Shown here: piece by piece, positions 10,245 to 21,283 of the stretch
Position numbering within the stretch: position 1 is the first letter of the stretch
Layout of the letters: the number at the start of each line of letters is the position of its first letter
Assembly (NCBI GenBank): GCA_965205025.1
Contig: CBDBFU010000015.1
Location: 1 to 64,000, forward strand
Direction of reading: 5' to 3'
Length of the DNA stretch: 64,000 nt
Source of the DNA: Candidatus Poribacteria bacterium
Lineage (GTDB): Bacteria > Poribacteria > WGA-4E > WGA-3G
The notes under the pieces: generated by a model
Seen by the model: the letters and a program-made list of their open reading frames with translations, nothing else
Database searches by the model: none
What the model was told of the DNA's origin: nothing
Translations under genes and position numbers: made by a program

Positions 10245-11494
10245 CTACGGAATTGGCCACCCTGGTGTCGGTTCAGTGCGGAGTGCTTCTATTTCATAGA
10301 GTTCTTCTACACTGATTTCACGCTTCAGTTTTGCTGACAAGAGTGCACCGCTCATAATTTCAGTGACTTTCTGACCAACATCGGCATTACTAACAGGTTG
10401 CGTATCGCTGTTGCAAGCGTTGAGAAAATCACGAAACTTATCTGGGAAGTGTCTGTCCGGCAGTTCTAACGGTGTTTCAACAAGATTCCCTTGATAACGT
10501 CTACGGTTGCCTTTGTCATCGGTTTCCCACTCTCCTTTTTCAAGAAAGAGTTTATCGTTGCTGAAGAGATCCTTTAGACCCGAAGATAAATATGCCTTGC
10601 GGTTGTCCTGCCATATTACAAGACCATCCATGTTCGTAGGTAAATGACATGCCATTTGTAAATCGAACAAACACGGAAACGAACTCCTCAACGTCGTTGA
10701 TTTCTTCTCCAGTGTATTCAGGAGGCATACCACGATATGCAATACCACTGATAGTTTCAGGTTGTGGTGAACCGAGCAGGTAAATAGACCGATTGATGTC
10801 ATAAACACCTGTGTCGTATATTGTGCCTCCACCGCTGTAAGCCGAATTGAGAAACCATTTACCGAACCCAAACATATCTACATTGGGTCTACCTCGGAGA
10901 CGGTAACTGGTCAGCCTACCATAATGAACATCTCCGATTTTCCCTGATGTAACGTGTTCTCGGATAGCATAACTTATAGGATTAAGACATGTGCCACCAC
11001 TCTGATATGCGAGTTTTACACCTGCTTTGTCACAGGCATTCCGCATGTTTCTCGCTTCAGTTGCAGTTCGCGCCATCGGTTTCTCACAAAAGACATGTTT
11101 TCCAGCATTTGCTGCTGCGACAGTTGGAGCTTCGTGAGCAAAAGGTGGCGTAGCAAGACTTACAGCGTCTAAGTCGCATTCCTTCAACATCTCATTGAAA
11201 TCACTATATATTTTGACACCATCTTTTGCATATTGTTCCCAGCATGCAGCGTTTTCATTGAACTGTTCACGTGCTTCAGCAGAATCAGCTTTTTTTGCCT
11301 CCTCTTTAGCACTGTTTGCCCGTCCTTCTGCCTCCTGAAAGCGTTTCTGCTGCCCTTCTCTGTGCGTTTGCGTCAACTGTATCGCAGACTGCCACAATCT
11401 GTGCCTGTTGTGGATGTGCAAGATACCCATTGACATGTGAACCGGAAATCATACCGCACCCGATAAGTCCCACTTTAATACGTTCTGACATCAT
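10245..11494 (-). CDS. Gfo/Idh/MocA oxidoreductase, frameshifted twice
   Basis: VGLIGCGMIS, GKHVFCEKPM, SGGGTIYDTGVY across three ORFs. Confidence 0.85.
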
Positions 11495-11742
11495 ACTGCT
11501 CCTTAGTAGGTGAATATTCCAGAATATATCCTCTTAAATAGAATCCTTTTAGGAATCTTGTTGTATTTTCTCATTCTAACTATAGGATTGTTAGTCATTC
11601 TTATTATAGATGTTTTGGAATACATGTCAATATGAAACCGTGTCAAGTCAGGGTAATGTAGTGATTCGGTATGTAACTTCTTGATAATTCCACTCAGGTT
11701 TGATATTATAAAACTCTCAATTTTTGATATAGGTAATAGAGA

Positions 11743-12580
11743 GTGTTTGCAATTCAGTCAACTTTGACGGAAGAAGAGAAATGGCAATTTGATTTACACG
11801 GTTTTCTCGTCTTAAGAAATGTAATTCCGCCTGACGGGATCGAAGAAATGCCTGACAATCCTGAATCATTGGTTGTCAATTGACGAATCGGAATTACCTG
11901 TTCCACTACGGCGCAGTAGGCAAGAACCGTGTAAAACACACATAGACCATATACAATATGGACATAGACTTTTTCAGGATTTGGCAATGAACCCTGATAT
12001 TATGAGGGTTGTGTCAGGATTAACTATGAATGCACCCCGTCTATTCCATTACAATTTCACGATGATGACAAAGTATGATTCTCCACAGAGTTTCCACCGT
12101 GATGATAGTGGATTTAAGTTCCCACCCGGATTCAGGAACCCACATAACGATTATCAAGCTGCATCTGGTCATATCTACTGTAGTCATCTTGCAACGTGGG
12201 TCGCATTGGTAGATGTGCCTCCAGAAACAGGTTTTTGTCTTGTTCCGGGTAGTCATAAATCTCTTTTTCAGACGCCTGCAAATCTACCTGTTAAACACAA
12301 TCCGCCTACATCAATTACGCTTCCTATGCAAGCGGGGGATGTGGCTATTTTCTCTACAAACCTGCTTCACGATGCAAGTCCGTGGACCGAAGATTATCCA
12401 CGGATGAATATATTTCAACGATATCAACTGAGTATTTATTTTAATGAATCTGGGAAAGGTGGATATCCGTTGGATGACTATCGTGATAAAATATCTAATG
12501 AACAGTATGAATTAGAATCATTATCAAAAGACATAAAAGCTGCAGTGCGGCATATCCTACCTAATGGAGGTGAAAAGTGA
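11743..12580 (+). CDS. phytanoyl-CoA dioxygenase (PhyH) family Fe/2OG enzyme, frameshift near 11860
   Basis: LTEEEKWQFDLHGFLVL, then HRD, PGSHK and LLHD motifs. Confidence 0.85.
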
Positions 12581-13326
12581 GTTTAAAAGGACAAGTGTGT
12601 ATTATAACAGGCGGTGGTAGCGGAATTGGGCGGGATGCTGCCTTGAAGATGGCACATGAAGGTGCAACTGTTGTTATCGTAGGCAGAACTGAATCAAAGT
12701 TAGAGAAAGTAAAGTCTGAAGGTAAGAGTGCAAGCGGAACAATAGTAAGTTATATACTTGATGTAGCTGACTATGAAGCAGTCCAGAAAATGGTTGCGGA
12801 TGTGGTAGAGAAATATGGACGGATTGATGTGCTGGTTAACAACGCGGGACACAGTTCACACAATCGTCGTATTACCAATGCAACACCAGATGAAGTACGA
12901 TCTGTTGTTGATTCAAACCTTATCGGTACGTTTTTCTGTTCGCAAGCAGTTGTTCCTACAATGTTGGAAGCAAAATCGGGAACAATCATCAATATCTCAT
13001 CACTGGCAGCGATAACTCCTGGACCTCTTGCAGGCTATGCTTATGGAGCAGCAAAGGCAGGTATAATTAATTTCACAGAGTTTCTCAATAATGACTTAAT
13101 GAATACAGGTATCAGAGCCAGCGTAATTATTCCGGGTGAAGTAGCAACACCGATTTTGGATAATCGTCCAATTCCACCTGATGCAGAAGCACGGACAAAA
13201 ATGGTAGATGTCGCAGAAACATCAGCGGCTATTCTCCTAATTGCCACCTTACCCCCCAGAACAAACATACCGGAATTGACTATCCGTCCAACTGAACATC
13301 GTGATATGGTTGAATTGAAAGATTGA
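12577..13326 (+). CDS. short-chain dehydrogenase/reductase
   Basis: TGGGSGIG, NNAG, YGAAK. Confidence 0.95.
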   Translation: MSLKGQVCIITGGGSGIGRDAALKMAHEGATVVIVGRTESKLEKVKSEGKSASGTIVSYILDVADYEAVQKMVADVVEKYGRIDVLVNNAGHSSHNRRITNATPDEVRSVVDSNLIGTFFCSQAVVPTMLEAKSGTIINISSLAAITPGPLAGYAYGAAKAGIINFTEFLNNDLMNTGIRASVIIPGEVATPILDNRPIPPDAEARTKMVDVAETSAAILLIATLPPRTNIPELTIRPTEHRDMVELKD

Positions 13327-13330
13327 GGAA

Positions 13331-14467
13331 TCACCGTGTATAAATTGTTGTCTCGGGGTAATAACGTGCCCAAGCGAACCAATAGATGTTCACTGCAGGT
13401 ATACGTTCTAAACTTTTACCTTTATTTTTGCCTGATGTTGCTTTACCTGTAATCAGATTCCATTTTGTATCGGTATTATCTTGAGCGAAATAACCATCCT
13501 GGGAAGTAAAAAGTATTACCTTATTGTCTACGATACGTTTATAAACAGCGGTTGCAAACGACTCTTTGTCGTGATAGATTAACAAAGGCACACCGTTAAC
13601 TGTATCGTTAATGATAGCGGTTTTCGCAAATTGTGAAAGTGGATAGGCACGATAGTACGTGTTATCAGAATCTTTTGGCTGAGTTTGTGTCAGATTATTT
13701 TGTATATTGACCTGTCCTCCATCAGCCCCATCTTGTCCATCAGCCCCATCCTGTCCAGCTGCACCGTCATGTCCAGCTAAGCCATCTTCACCAGCTTGAC
13801 GTTGCACTTGGACTCCGATAACAAGCTGCTTATTCGGTAGTCTTTTATCTGTGTATTTTGTTCCACTTACACCCGTGTCTTGACTCGTGTGATACCTTTC
13901 ATACGAATCACGTGGAATGTCTTCTCGCATCACCCCTCTAACGGGAACAGAAAGCACACGTGTATTAGGGTAATTATCCAGCCATGTTTTCCATGTGATT
14001 TGTGGCATGGAAGAGAGTGGTTTTAGTTTCTTGCCTTTCAGTGGACCTTGAATAGCTTCGCCAGTAATGTGTGACCAGAGTGAACGTGTTTGATGGTCAT
14101 ACATTAACAGTGCATCTCGCCATAATTTCCCGCTTACACCGAAAGTGTAGGTTTTCCCATCCAGTTCACGGCTATACACGATAGCTGTTTTACAGAGTGG
14201 TCACCAGGTGGTTGCAATCTTTTTTCCACCAACAACATCGTTGACAATCTCATGTCCATTAAGCAGGTAAAGTGAATATGCATGACTTTCACCGTTGAAG
14301 GTTACACCTATGACCGGGGCATCTGGATCTAATTTTGCAACGGTAGCAGGAACAAATTTTGGATCTGTAATTGCGGGAATTCCATCAAAAGGCAGTAAAG
14401 TTCGAATTGGATCTGTCATATCGTCAGCATACACGGTAATGGTAATAGATAGAAGGAGGATAATCAT
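13331..14467 (-). CDS. DUF3179-domain selenoprotein (in-frame UGA at 14201-14203, TW-U-PLC)
   Basis: ORFs 14201-15577 and 13331-14179 share a frame across one TGA; DGIPAI..P, HEIVND, FGVSGKL, MYDHQTRSLWS, YWFAW motifs; the TGA takes the place of the first Cys of the family CPLC motif. Confidence 0.85.
14168..14188 (-). promoter_or_regulatory. candidate bacterial SECIS hairpin
   Basis: ACAGCTAT-CGTGT-ATAGCCGT stem-loop starting 12 nt after the UGA, G-containing loop. Confidence 0.6.
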
Positions 14468-15577
14468 CAACTGTCCACCGCGGCGTGGTTTCCTGCTATT
14501 CTGTTTGAGTTGCTCCAGTTGATTCTCAACAAGGGCTTTGAGATCAGCACGATCCTGTTGCTCTGCTAATTCCAATGCTTTCTGCAAATCTGATCTCGCT
14601 TCATCAGTATGATCCAACCCAACTTTTACCATTCCACGGTTGGCATAAGCCTCAGCATAATCTGGCTTTAGACGTATTGCCTCAGTATAATCTGTGAGGG
14701 CATCTTCATGCTGCCCAAGTTCTTGACTTAACTTTCCTCTGTAGTTATAGGTTGTGACACAATCCGGTCTTAACTCAATGACAATATCAAAGTTGGATAT
14801 AGCAGCTTTATGCTGACCAAGCAATGTCTTGGCAAGGGCGCGATAGTAGTAAAGATCAACGGAATCGTATCCCAGCTTAACCGCTTTATCAAAATCAACA
14901 ATCGCAGCTTGATATTCACCGAGTTGGCTTTTCACAATTCCGTTATAGTAATAGACTTTGGCATTCTTTGGATCCAATTCAATTGCCTTATCATAAGCAT
15001 CAAGGGCTTTCTTCGATAGATTGCCTTCCCCTAACAGATAACCAATTGAAAAAAAGGCATGTGCAGCAAGTTCGCTATCGCTCAATTCTGATGTGTAATG
15101 TGACTGGTTACTGTTTTCGTCAGTTATTTCAATCGGGGTTTCCTCTGCCAATTCTGGAAATAGTTCTGTTAGTTCTGGAACGTATTTATCCTCATAATTA
15201 TCAATGAGCTGACAAACAAATTCCATCAAAGGGTGCAAAGGATGCGTCTCACTATCACCAACCGCACCGACTAACTCTACAAGCAGACCATGAGCCCAGG
15301 CATAGTCGTTTTCTTCCAGGTCGGGGACACTCCAATTGTCGTCACGATGCATGAACTTGATTAACGTGTCAAGTACATTCACAAGCCAATCATAATCACT
15401 TTCCGAGTAGGATGCAGAATCAATAGTCTCCGGGATAGCAGGAGGTAACGGATCTACATTATCTGACAATTGGGGTATACTCGGCGTTACGTCTGTGAAT
15501 GGAAAATCCCGATCCAAAGTTGAAGGCGTGAACACTCCCATAGACAAATCTTGTAAGTCTTGTGCCGGTATCAACAT
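14468..15577 (-). CDS. HigA-like antitoxin N-domain plus TPR repeats, reading in frame into the DUF3179 gene
   Basis: ESDYDWLVNVLDTLI..VGDSETHPLHPLMEFVCQLIDNYEDK (HigA-like), then about five TPRs; starts 4 nt after the higB stop. Confidence 0.75.
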
Positions 15578-15580
15578 CTT

Positions 15581-16034
15581 TTACTCCTTCCATCTCCCTT
15601 TATCGTACTCACCATGTGTTAGAATCTCGTTGATTGTAACTCTCCGAACCGATGGGTTATATTGTATAGAGGCGATAAGACGAAAATTATTACCACCTAA
15701 CGTGAGTTTGATTATAGGCGTATGAACTTCATCTATCCAAAAATATTACCCTATAGACCGGTAGGTACGGTTTCCTAACCGTACCGAATTCAAGATTCTG
15801 TGTTATCAAACTCACGTTACCACCTATGTTGAAGACTGTCAATATTTTATCTTCGGGATTGAATCTATTTTTATCAACTTTTACCTGATCTGCGTGTGGA
15901 AAAATCCTACGTAATTCTACAAATGAATCAAAATTTTCCTGACGCATCAGCTTATACCAACGGTTGAGCGCGGATCTTGCATTCGGATGTCTCTGACTAA
16001 ATTCAGTCAGTACATTTCGACCTGTGATACGCAT
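15581..16034 (-). pseudogene. higB: HigB-family toxin interrupted by a MITE
   Basis: MRITGRNVLTEFSQRHP..VFNIGG [insertion] NNFRLIASIQY..ILTHGEYDKGRWKE*. Confidence 0.85.
15700..15817. mobile_element. 118-bp MITE with 13-bp TIRs and a 9-bp target-site duplication
   Basis: TIR ACGTGAGTTTGAT/ATCAAACTCACGT; TSD TACCACCTA at 15691-15699 and 15818-15826; internal palindrome GGTACGGTTTCCTAACCGTACC. Confidence 0.92.
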
Positions 16035-16164
16035 TAGGTATTTTCAGAGTGCTTCCGTTCCTTGACTAATTACGATAACTTGTTCGCCTGATTAGTATAC
16101 CATACAAAAAACTGGCTGTCAAAATAGCCGTGGAGAAAGGGTGTGTAAAGCTTTTGACACTATA

Positions 16165-16346
16165 GTCGTCAATTAAGCATTAGGTTCTTTTGTATAAGGT
16201 GATTCCATCCCCAATCCTCTCCTCTTCTGTAGGAAGGGATTCCAATCCCCAATCCTCTCTTCTCCGTGTAATCCTGTGTAATCTGTGATTCAGACAACTT
16301 AAAACAAACCTAAAAATAAACTAATCTCACTAAATTGACGCTTATG
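16165..16346. mobile_element. MITE-like element with CGTCAATT-type ends and an internal REP-like repeat
   Basis: Ends CGTCAATTAAG / CTAAATTGACG; right part matches the reverse complement of 57431-57745; internal GATTCCA(A)TCCCCAATCCTCTC twice. Confidence 0.6.
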
Positions 16347-16581
16347 AATGCAATATCATTCACATGGATTACGTAGGAATAAAGGGATTTGGTGTGGGAA
16401 ACTGTGAGACTACAAACTAACAGTTTGTCGTATAAGGATGCTGTAAATAGAAGATGATATGGTGTTTACTATTGGGTATGAACAAGAATTAGAGGAGAAA
16501 CTGAATGATCGGAAGTTTCAGTCTTCTCTGCGTGATAAGGAATTGGGGTAACTCACTGCTATGGTATTGTGATGGTTTCTA

Positions 16582-17169
16582 TCAGCGACTGGGTAATTTA
16601 ATAGAATCCCTGACAATGTTTTGAAGTTCGAGAATGACTTCCATCATGTTATTCGTAGTTGCTATATTTTTATTGATTGTAATTATTGTAGAATCTATTT
16701 TTTGAGAGTTTGTTTCTACGTTAGATGTTAATGAATCTATTTTTTGAGAGTTTGTTTCTACGTTAGATGTTAATGAATCTATTTTTTGAGAGTTTGTTTC
16801 TACGTTAGATGTTAATGAATCTATTTTTTGAGAGTTTGTTTCTACGTTAGATGTTAACGCATCTATTTTTTCCGTATTCGTCTCAACAGTTGAGCGTAGT
16901 TTGTTAATCTCAATAAAAAATCTTTCAAATCCGTTGTCAAATTTCTCGTTTATGTTGTTAAACTGATTTTTTCGTGCTTCAGACTCATTGTCGATCTTTA
17001 TGTTTAGGCTATCTAACTTGGAATTAAGATTAGTTATATTGTTTGTTAGTTGGGTATATTCATTTTCTTTCGCATCTGATAACTTCTTACTGTTGTACCA
17101 TAGAGAGATTAAATACAGTAAACCTCCAGCTATAACCGATCCGCCAGAACCTATTAGCATATTCCACAT
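16582..17169 (-). CDS. membrane-anchored coiled-coil protein with 14-aa tandem repeats
   Basis: N-terminal hydrophobic helix; LTSNVETNSQKIDS repeated four times. Confidence 0.75.
   Translation of the reverse strand: MWNMLIGSGGSVIAGGLLYLISLWYNSKKLSDAKENEYTQLTNNITNLNSKLDSLNIKIDNESEARKNQFNNINEKFDNGFERFFIEINKLRSTVETNTEKIDALTSNVETNSQKIDSLTSNVETNSQKIDSLTSNVETNSQKIDSLTSNVETNSQKIDSTIITINKNIATTNNMMEVILELQNIVRDSIKLPSR
16691..16858. repeat. 42-bp coding tandem repeat, 4 copies
   Basis: GAATCTATTTTTTGAGAGTTTGTTTCTACGTTAGATGTTAAT, near-identical units. Confidence 0.95.
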
Positions 17170-18073
17170 TTATTTAACTTCTTTTGTTTAGTGTATGAAA
17201 AGTATATGGATTAGTTGTCATAATGTCAAGTGAAAAGAGATAGAAAACAGGGTTATTAAGTGATATAAATAACCGTGACTAACCACTGATAAGTGGTTTC
17301 GGGGTAGGGTAGAGGTATAGTTGATTCGGGAGTGCGCGTTTGTAGTGGAATAGAGTTATCCAACAATTGGGGCATGCTCGGTACTATGTCTATCAACAAA
17401 AGATTGTTCTCTGTCAATCCGGAGGTTGACATTATTTACTCCAATCTCTGTTTATTGTGTTTCATCAGTTTGTTGTGTTGAATTATTGAGTTGCTGAAGT
17501 TTCGCCTCAACGAAAGTTTTGAGATCATTGTCTCCGTGCCGCTCTGCCAATTCCAGTGCTTTCTGAAAATCTGATCTCGCTTCATCAATGCGATCCAGTT
17601 CCGCTTTTGCCATTCCGAGGTTTGCATGAGCTTCTGCATAATTAGGTTTTATACGAATCGCCTCGTTAAAGTCAACAATAGCATCATCCAATTTCTCACA
17701 TAATGCTTTCTGAACCCCTCGATTGTGATAAGACATTGCAAAGTTAGGTTCTATGCGAATAGCTTCGGTATAATCGGCAAGCGCATCATCATATTGTCCG
17801 AGTTCTCGTTTTAAACTACCTCGATTGTGGTATGCTTCTGCGAAATCGGGTCTAATGCGAATTGCTTCAGTATAATCATCAATCGCAGCATTAGGTTGTT
17901 TGAGCTCTCCTTTTAAATTGCCTCTATTGTAATAGGCTACCGCATAATCGGGCTTTAGACGAATCGCTTTAGTATAGTCCATTAAAGCATCATCATACTG
18001 CCCGGAGTTTCCCTTGGCATCAGCACGATTGAGATAGACTTCCGCGAAATTGAGTCCTAATTCAATAGCTTTA

Positions 18074-18976
18074 TAGTGGAAATCATAATTATTTATACAT
18101 TTTTACGATTTCATCGATTGACGCTTCAGCATTGTATTCCCATTTACGTTTTATGTTCGCGAAATCTCTTTCAATAGGATTGAGTTCAGGCGAATACGGA
18201 GGTAAAAAAAGTAAACTCGCACCACAGGCAGCAATCAATGCCTCTGTTTGCTGGCTTTTATGGAAAGACGCATTATCCAATATGACAACGTGTGATGCGT
18301 CAAGTAGTGGACACAGCACGCTCTCAAGCCACGCATTGAAGGCAAGCGCATCACAAGCACCTTCAAAAAGTACAGGAGCCGTGAAACGCCCTTGTATTTG
18401 TGCAGCAATCAGCGTAGTGCATCTATACCGATTGCTTGAGATTTTATCCGATACGCAAACCCCTCTTGGCGCATAAGCGAACTGACGAACACTTTTTGTG
18501 CTAAAACCGCTTTCATCAACAAAAACAGGTGTTTTTCCGTTCACAAGTGCTGTCTGAAGTTGGGTGAGATAGGCCTCCTGTTTGACTGGGCATTGTTCTT
18601 TATAGGTAAATGTCTTTTTTTCGCGTGCATCCGATCCGCTTCAGACCATAACAGATACACCGCTGTGACACGCCAAAATGTGCAGCACACTCCTTCTGCG
18701 TGCTGTCTGGGAATTCTTTGACATGTTCAGCGAGTGCTTCTGGGTCAAGCCGATAAGGTTTACGAGGCCCCGGTTTTTCATAAGTAAAAGGATCTACTGC
18801 GTCTAACCGGTTGTAGATAGATCTGCGTGAAACTTGAAATCTACGGGAAGCTTCTGCTTTACTACCACCTGCTGCTATGAAATCAAGAACGCGTTTTCGT
18901 AAGTCTGGTGAATATCTCATAATATAACTATTATCACAAAATCAGAAAAATGTAAAGGTATTTTTGCTTTTAACTA
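18074..18976 (-). mobile_element. IS630-family insertion sequence (903 bp)
   Basis: TA duplication at 18072-73 and 18977-78; imperfect TAGT.. ends; HTH ORF plus DDE ORF. Confidence 0.92.
18089..18920 (-). CDS. IS630 transposase in two ORFs (HTH 18600-18920, DDE 18089-18544), probable -1 programmed frameshift
   Basis: VFVDESG, ILDNASFH, YSPELNPIE; slippery AAAAAAAG near 18614-18621. Confidence 0.9.
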
Positions 18977-19944
18977 TATTAAAATTAGTGATCGCTTCTT
19001 GAAAATTACCAAGCCGCCTTTTCGAAACCCCCCTGCAGTAATAAGATTCGGAAATATCTGGTTTCAACTCAATTGCTTTATCAAAATCATCAATTGCAGT
19101 TTGGTAGTTATCAAGTAGTAGTTTTGCATTCCCTCTATAGTAGTATGCTGCAAAATTACTTGGATCTAACTCAATTGTTTTGTCAAAGTCGTTGATCGCA
19201 TATTGGTGGTTACCTAACTGGTAACTTACATATCCTCTGTTATTGTAGGCATAAGCATGGTTTGGATTCAACTCGATGGCTTTAGTGAAATCGTTAATCG
19301 CAGATTCACGTTGGCCAAGTTTAGACTTCGCTATACCTCGGTTGTTGTAAGCTTCAATATGATCAGGTTTTAATGTGATGGTTTCATTAAAATCGGCGAT
19401 CGCCCCTTCATAGTCTTTTAATTCAGATTTCAGAATTCCTCGGTTGTAATACGCACTTGCAAAGTTGTGGTTCAATTCTATTGCTTTGTTAAAGTTGACC
19501 ATTGCCTCGGTATATTGTCTGATATCGCACCTCGCAATTCCGAGATTGTAGGATGCTTCCCAAAAATCAGGTTTCAACACAATTGCCTTCTCATAAGCAG
19601 AAATCGCTTTTTCCGTTCATCATCTATATCAGAGTAAGAATTTTCGTTATGTGTATAACTCTCCCGATCAAACTGTTCCTTCAGTATAACTTTCATATTT
19701 TTACTTTGCCACTTGTTCAGAATACCCGGTACACCCTTTATAACTAAATCATACAATCCTGAATACCCAAGGTTTGGTAAATTCAATTAATTCTGAATTC
19801 AATGATTCAAACATGTTTTGTTTCCTTATTCAAGAATATCCCAGATTATTGCTAAAGGTACGCCGTTGAAATAAAAAGCATTTTATCAATTACTGCCCCA
19901 TTCCTGATAACTGTATAATGCCAATACCAACTGTATTTCTTTTC

Positions 19945-20726
19945 TTACGGTAAAACTCCACCTATTTTGTAGGGAATATCCCAAGTCGGTGGTGCTGCTA
20001 AACGGGAAGAAACGACAGATGCTTGTAAGTCATAGCGTTTAGCAACTAATTTGACAAGGTCTAAAAACCACTCGGGAGTAAAAGGATCAACAATTACTTC
20101 TTGGATTAATAGGTTGAGGTCAACTTCATAATATTTCCCGATATCGTAGTCATCCTGCTGCTCACTAATTTGACTGGTAGGTACATTTTGAACGATGGCT
20201 CTCACTTCTTGTTCGTGCTTAAAACTTTTTCGCTTGTGTAGATATGGAGACAACGGATCATCTGCGGGAATCAGGTCATTTTCATAATCAACATACTGAA
20301 CTTTTCCTATATGGATATTTTCATCAGTTATAAAACTCTTTACAAAAGAATCAAAGCGCGTCTTGATAGCAAGTCCCCCATTGGTGCTTGCGTACAATTT
20401 CCACATTGCTTCTGATTCGTGATTACTTTCATGCCAACAATTTACTAACGTAAAACGCTTGAGTTGCATCCAAAATGTAGACATTAAGGATGCCAAACTT
20501 AATAGAACTTCCTCAAACTCAGGGTGCAAATTGGTATAACGTGCCTCTATATTTCTTTTAGGGAAGGATCCTTCAAAGGGTCATTTAGTTTGTCTGACCT
20601 GGCGAAAAATAGGGCGCGCATTTCCAAAAGTGCTATGAACTTCGTGAAATCCATATACCTCCACAAAACCGCGTCTGGAGATGGCTGATCATGAAATTCC
20701 CGAGCATCAGAATTTAAATCAAGCAT
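19945..20726 (-). CDS. DUF2971-like protein, frameshift near 20578
   Basis: LWRYMDFTKF..LFFARSDKLNDP/FEGS, CWH..ESEAMWKLY, KRKSFKHEQEVR. Confidence 0.75.
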
Positions 20727-20780
20727 GAGATCTCTCTTGACGCGTTCTCAAAAACACTACCGGATGGATAATCCGAAACA

Positions 20781-21170
20781 TTAGCCCGGTGGGTACGCCC
20801 ATTTCGCGTGTCCACTATGAACCATAATTGCGTTAACAAATACATTATCCGGATATCGCCATACATCGGCGACTACGCGATCATAAGAAATACCTGCCGG
20901 TTTAAATCTTACACGTTTCCCTTCTAAAAGTTGTTTGAGATAGTGGACAGCCTTTTCCCCTTGAGGTGTACCGGTTTCTGGGGCATCTATGTTCCTTAAG
21001 CGAATCTTATTGAACATATTTGGATTTTGCAACCGTTGCGTAGGCGTTTCATTGAGAGGGACTCCCATCAGTCTTTCCATCGGAGTCTGAAGCGCAGTTC
21101 GGCGAGGAATTTCAGGACTGACCTCAACCGTATCTCCATCAATGACTCTTGTTACAACATGAGTTTGCAT
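20781..21170 (-). CDS. thermonuclease (SNase-like) family protein
   Basis: RVIDGDT, IRLRNIDAPE, SYDRVVA, VNAIMVHSGHA; RBS AAGGAG. Confidence 0.88.
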   Translation of the reverse strand: MQTHVVTRVIDGDTVEVSPEIPRRTALQTPMERLMGVPLNETPTQRLQNPNMFNKIRLRNIDAPETGTPQGEKAVHYLKQLLEGKRVRFKPAGISYDRVVADVWRYPDNVFVNAIMVHSGHAKWAYPPG

Positions 21171-21283
21171 CTTTTTGCTCCTTTTCTTGGAAATTCGGTA
21201 AACAGAGTTACAGACTAACAACCATATATTAAATCATATCCTGTTTTTACGCATAAAACAAGTAGAAATCATTTAGGCTAAAT

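Larger units (their letters stand above)
17452..19786 (-). pseudogene. long TPR-repeat protein gene split by IS630 and frameshifted near 19600
   Basis: Removing the IS restores ..EAITNFN|KAIELGLNFAEVYLNRADAKG.. in frame between ORFs 18942-19580 and 17452-17982. Confidence 0.85.
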
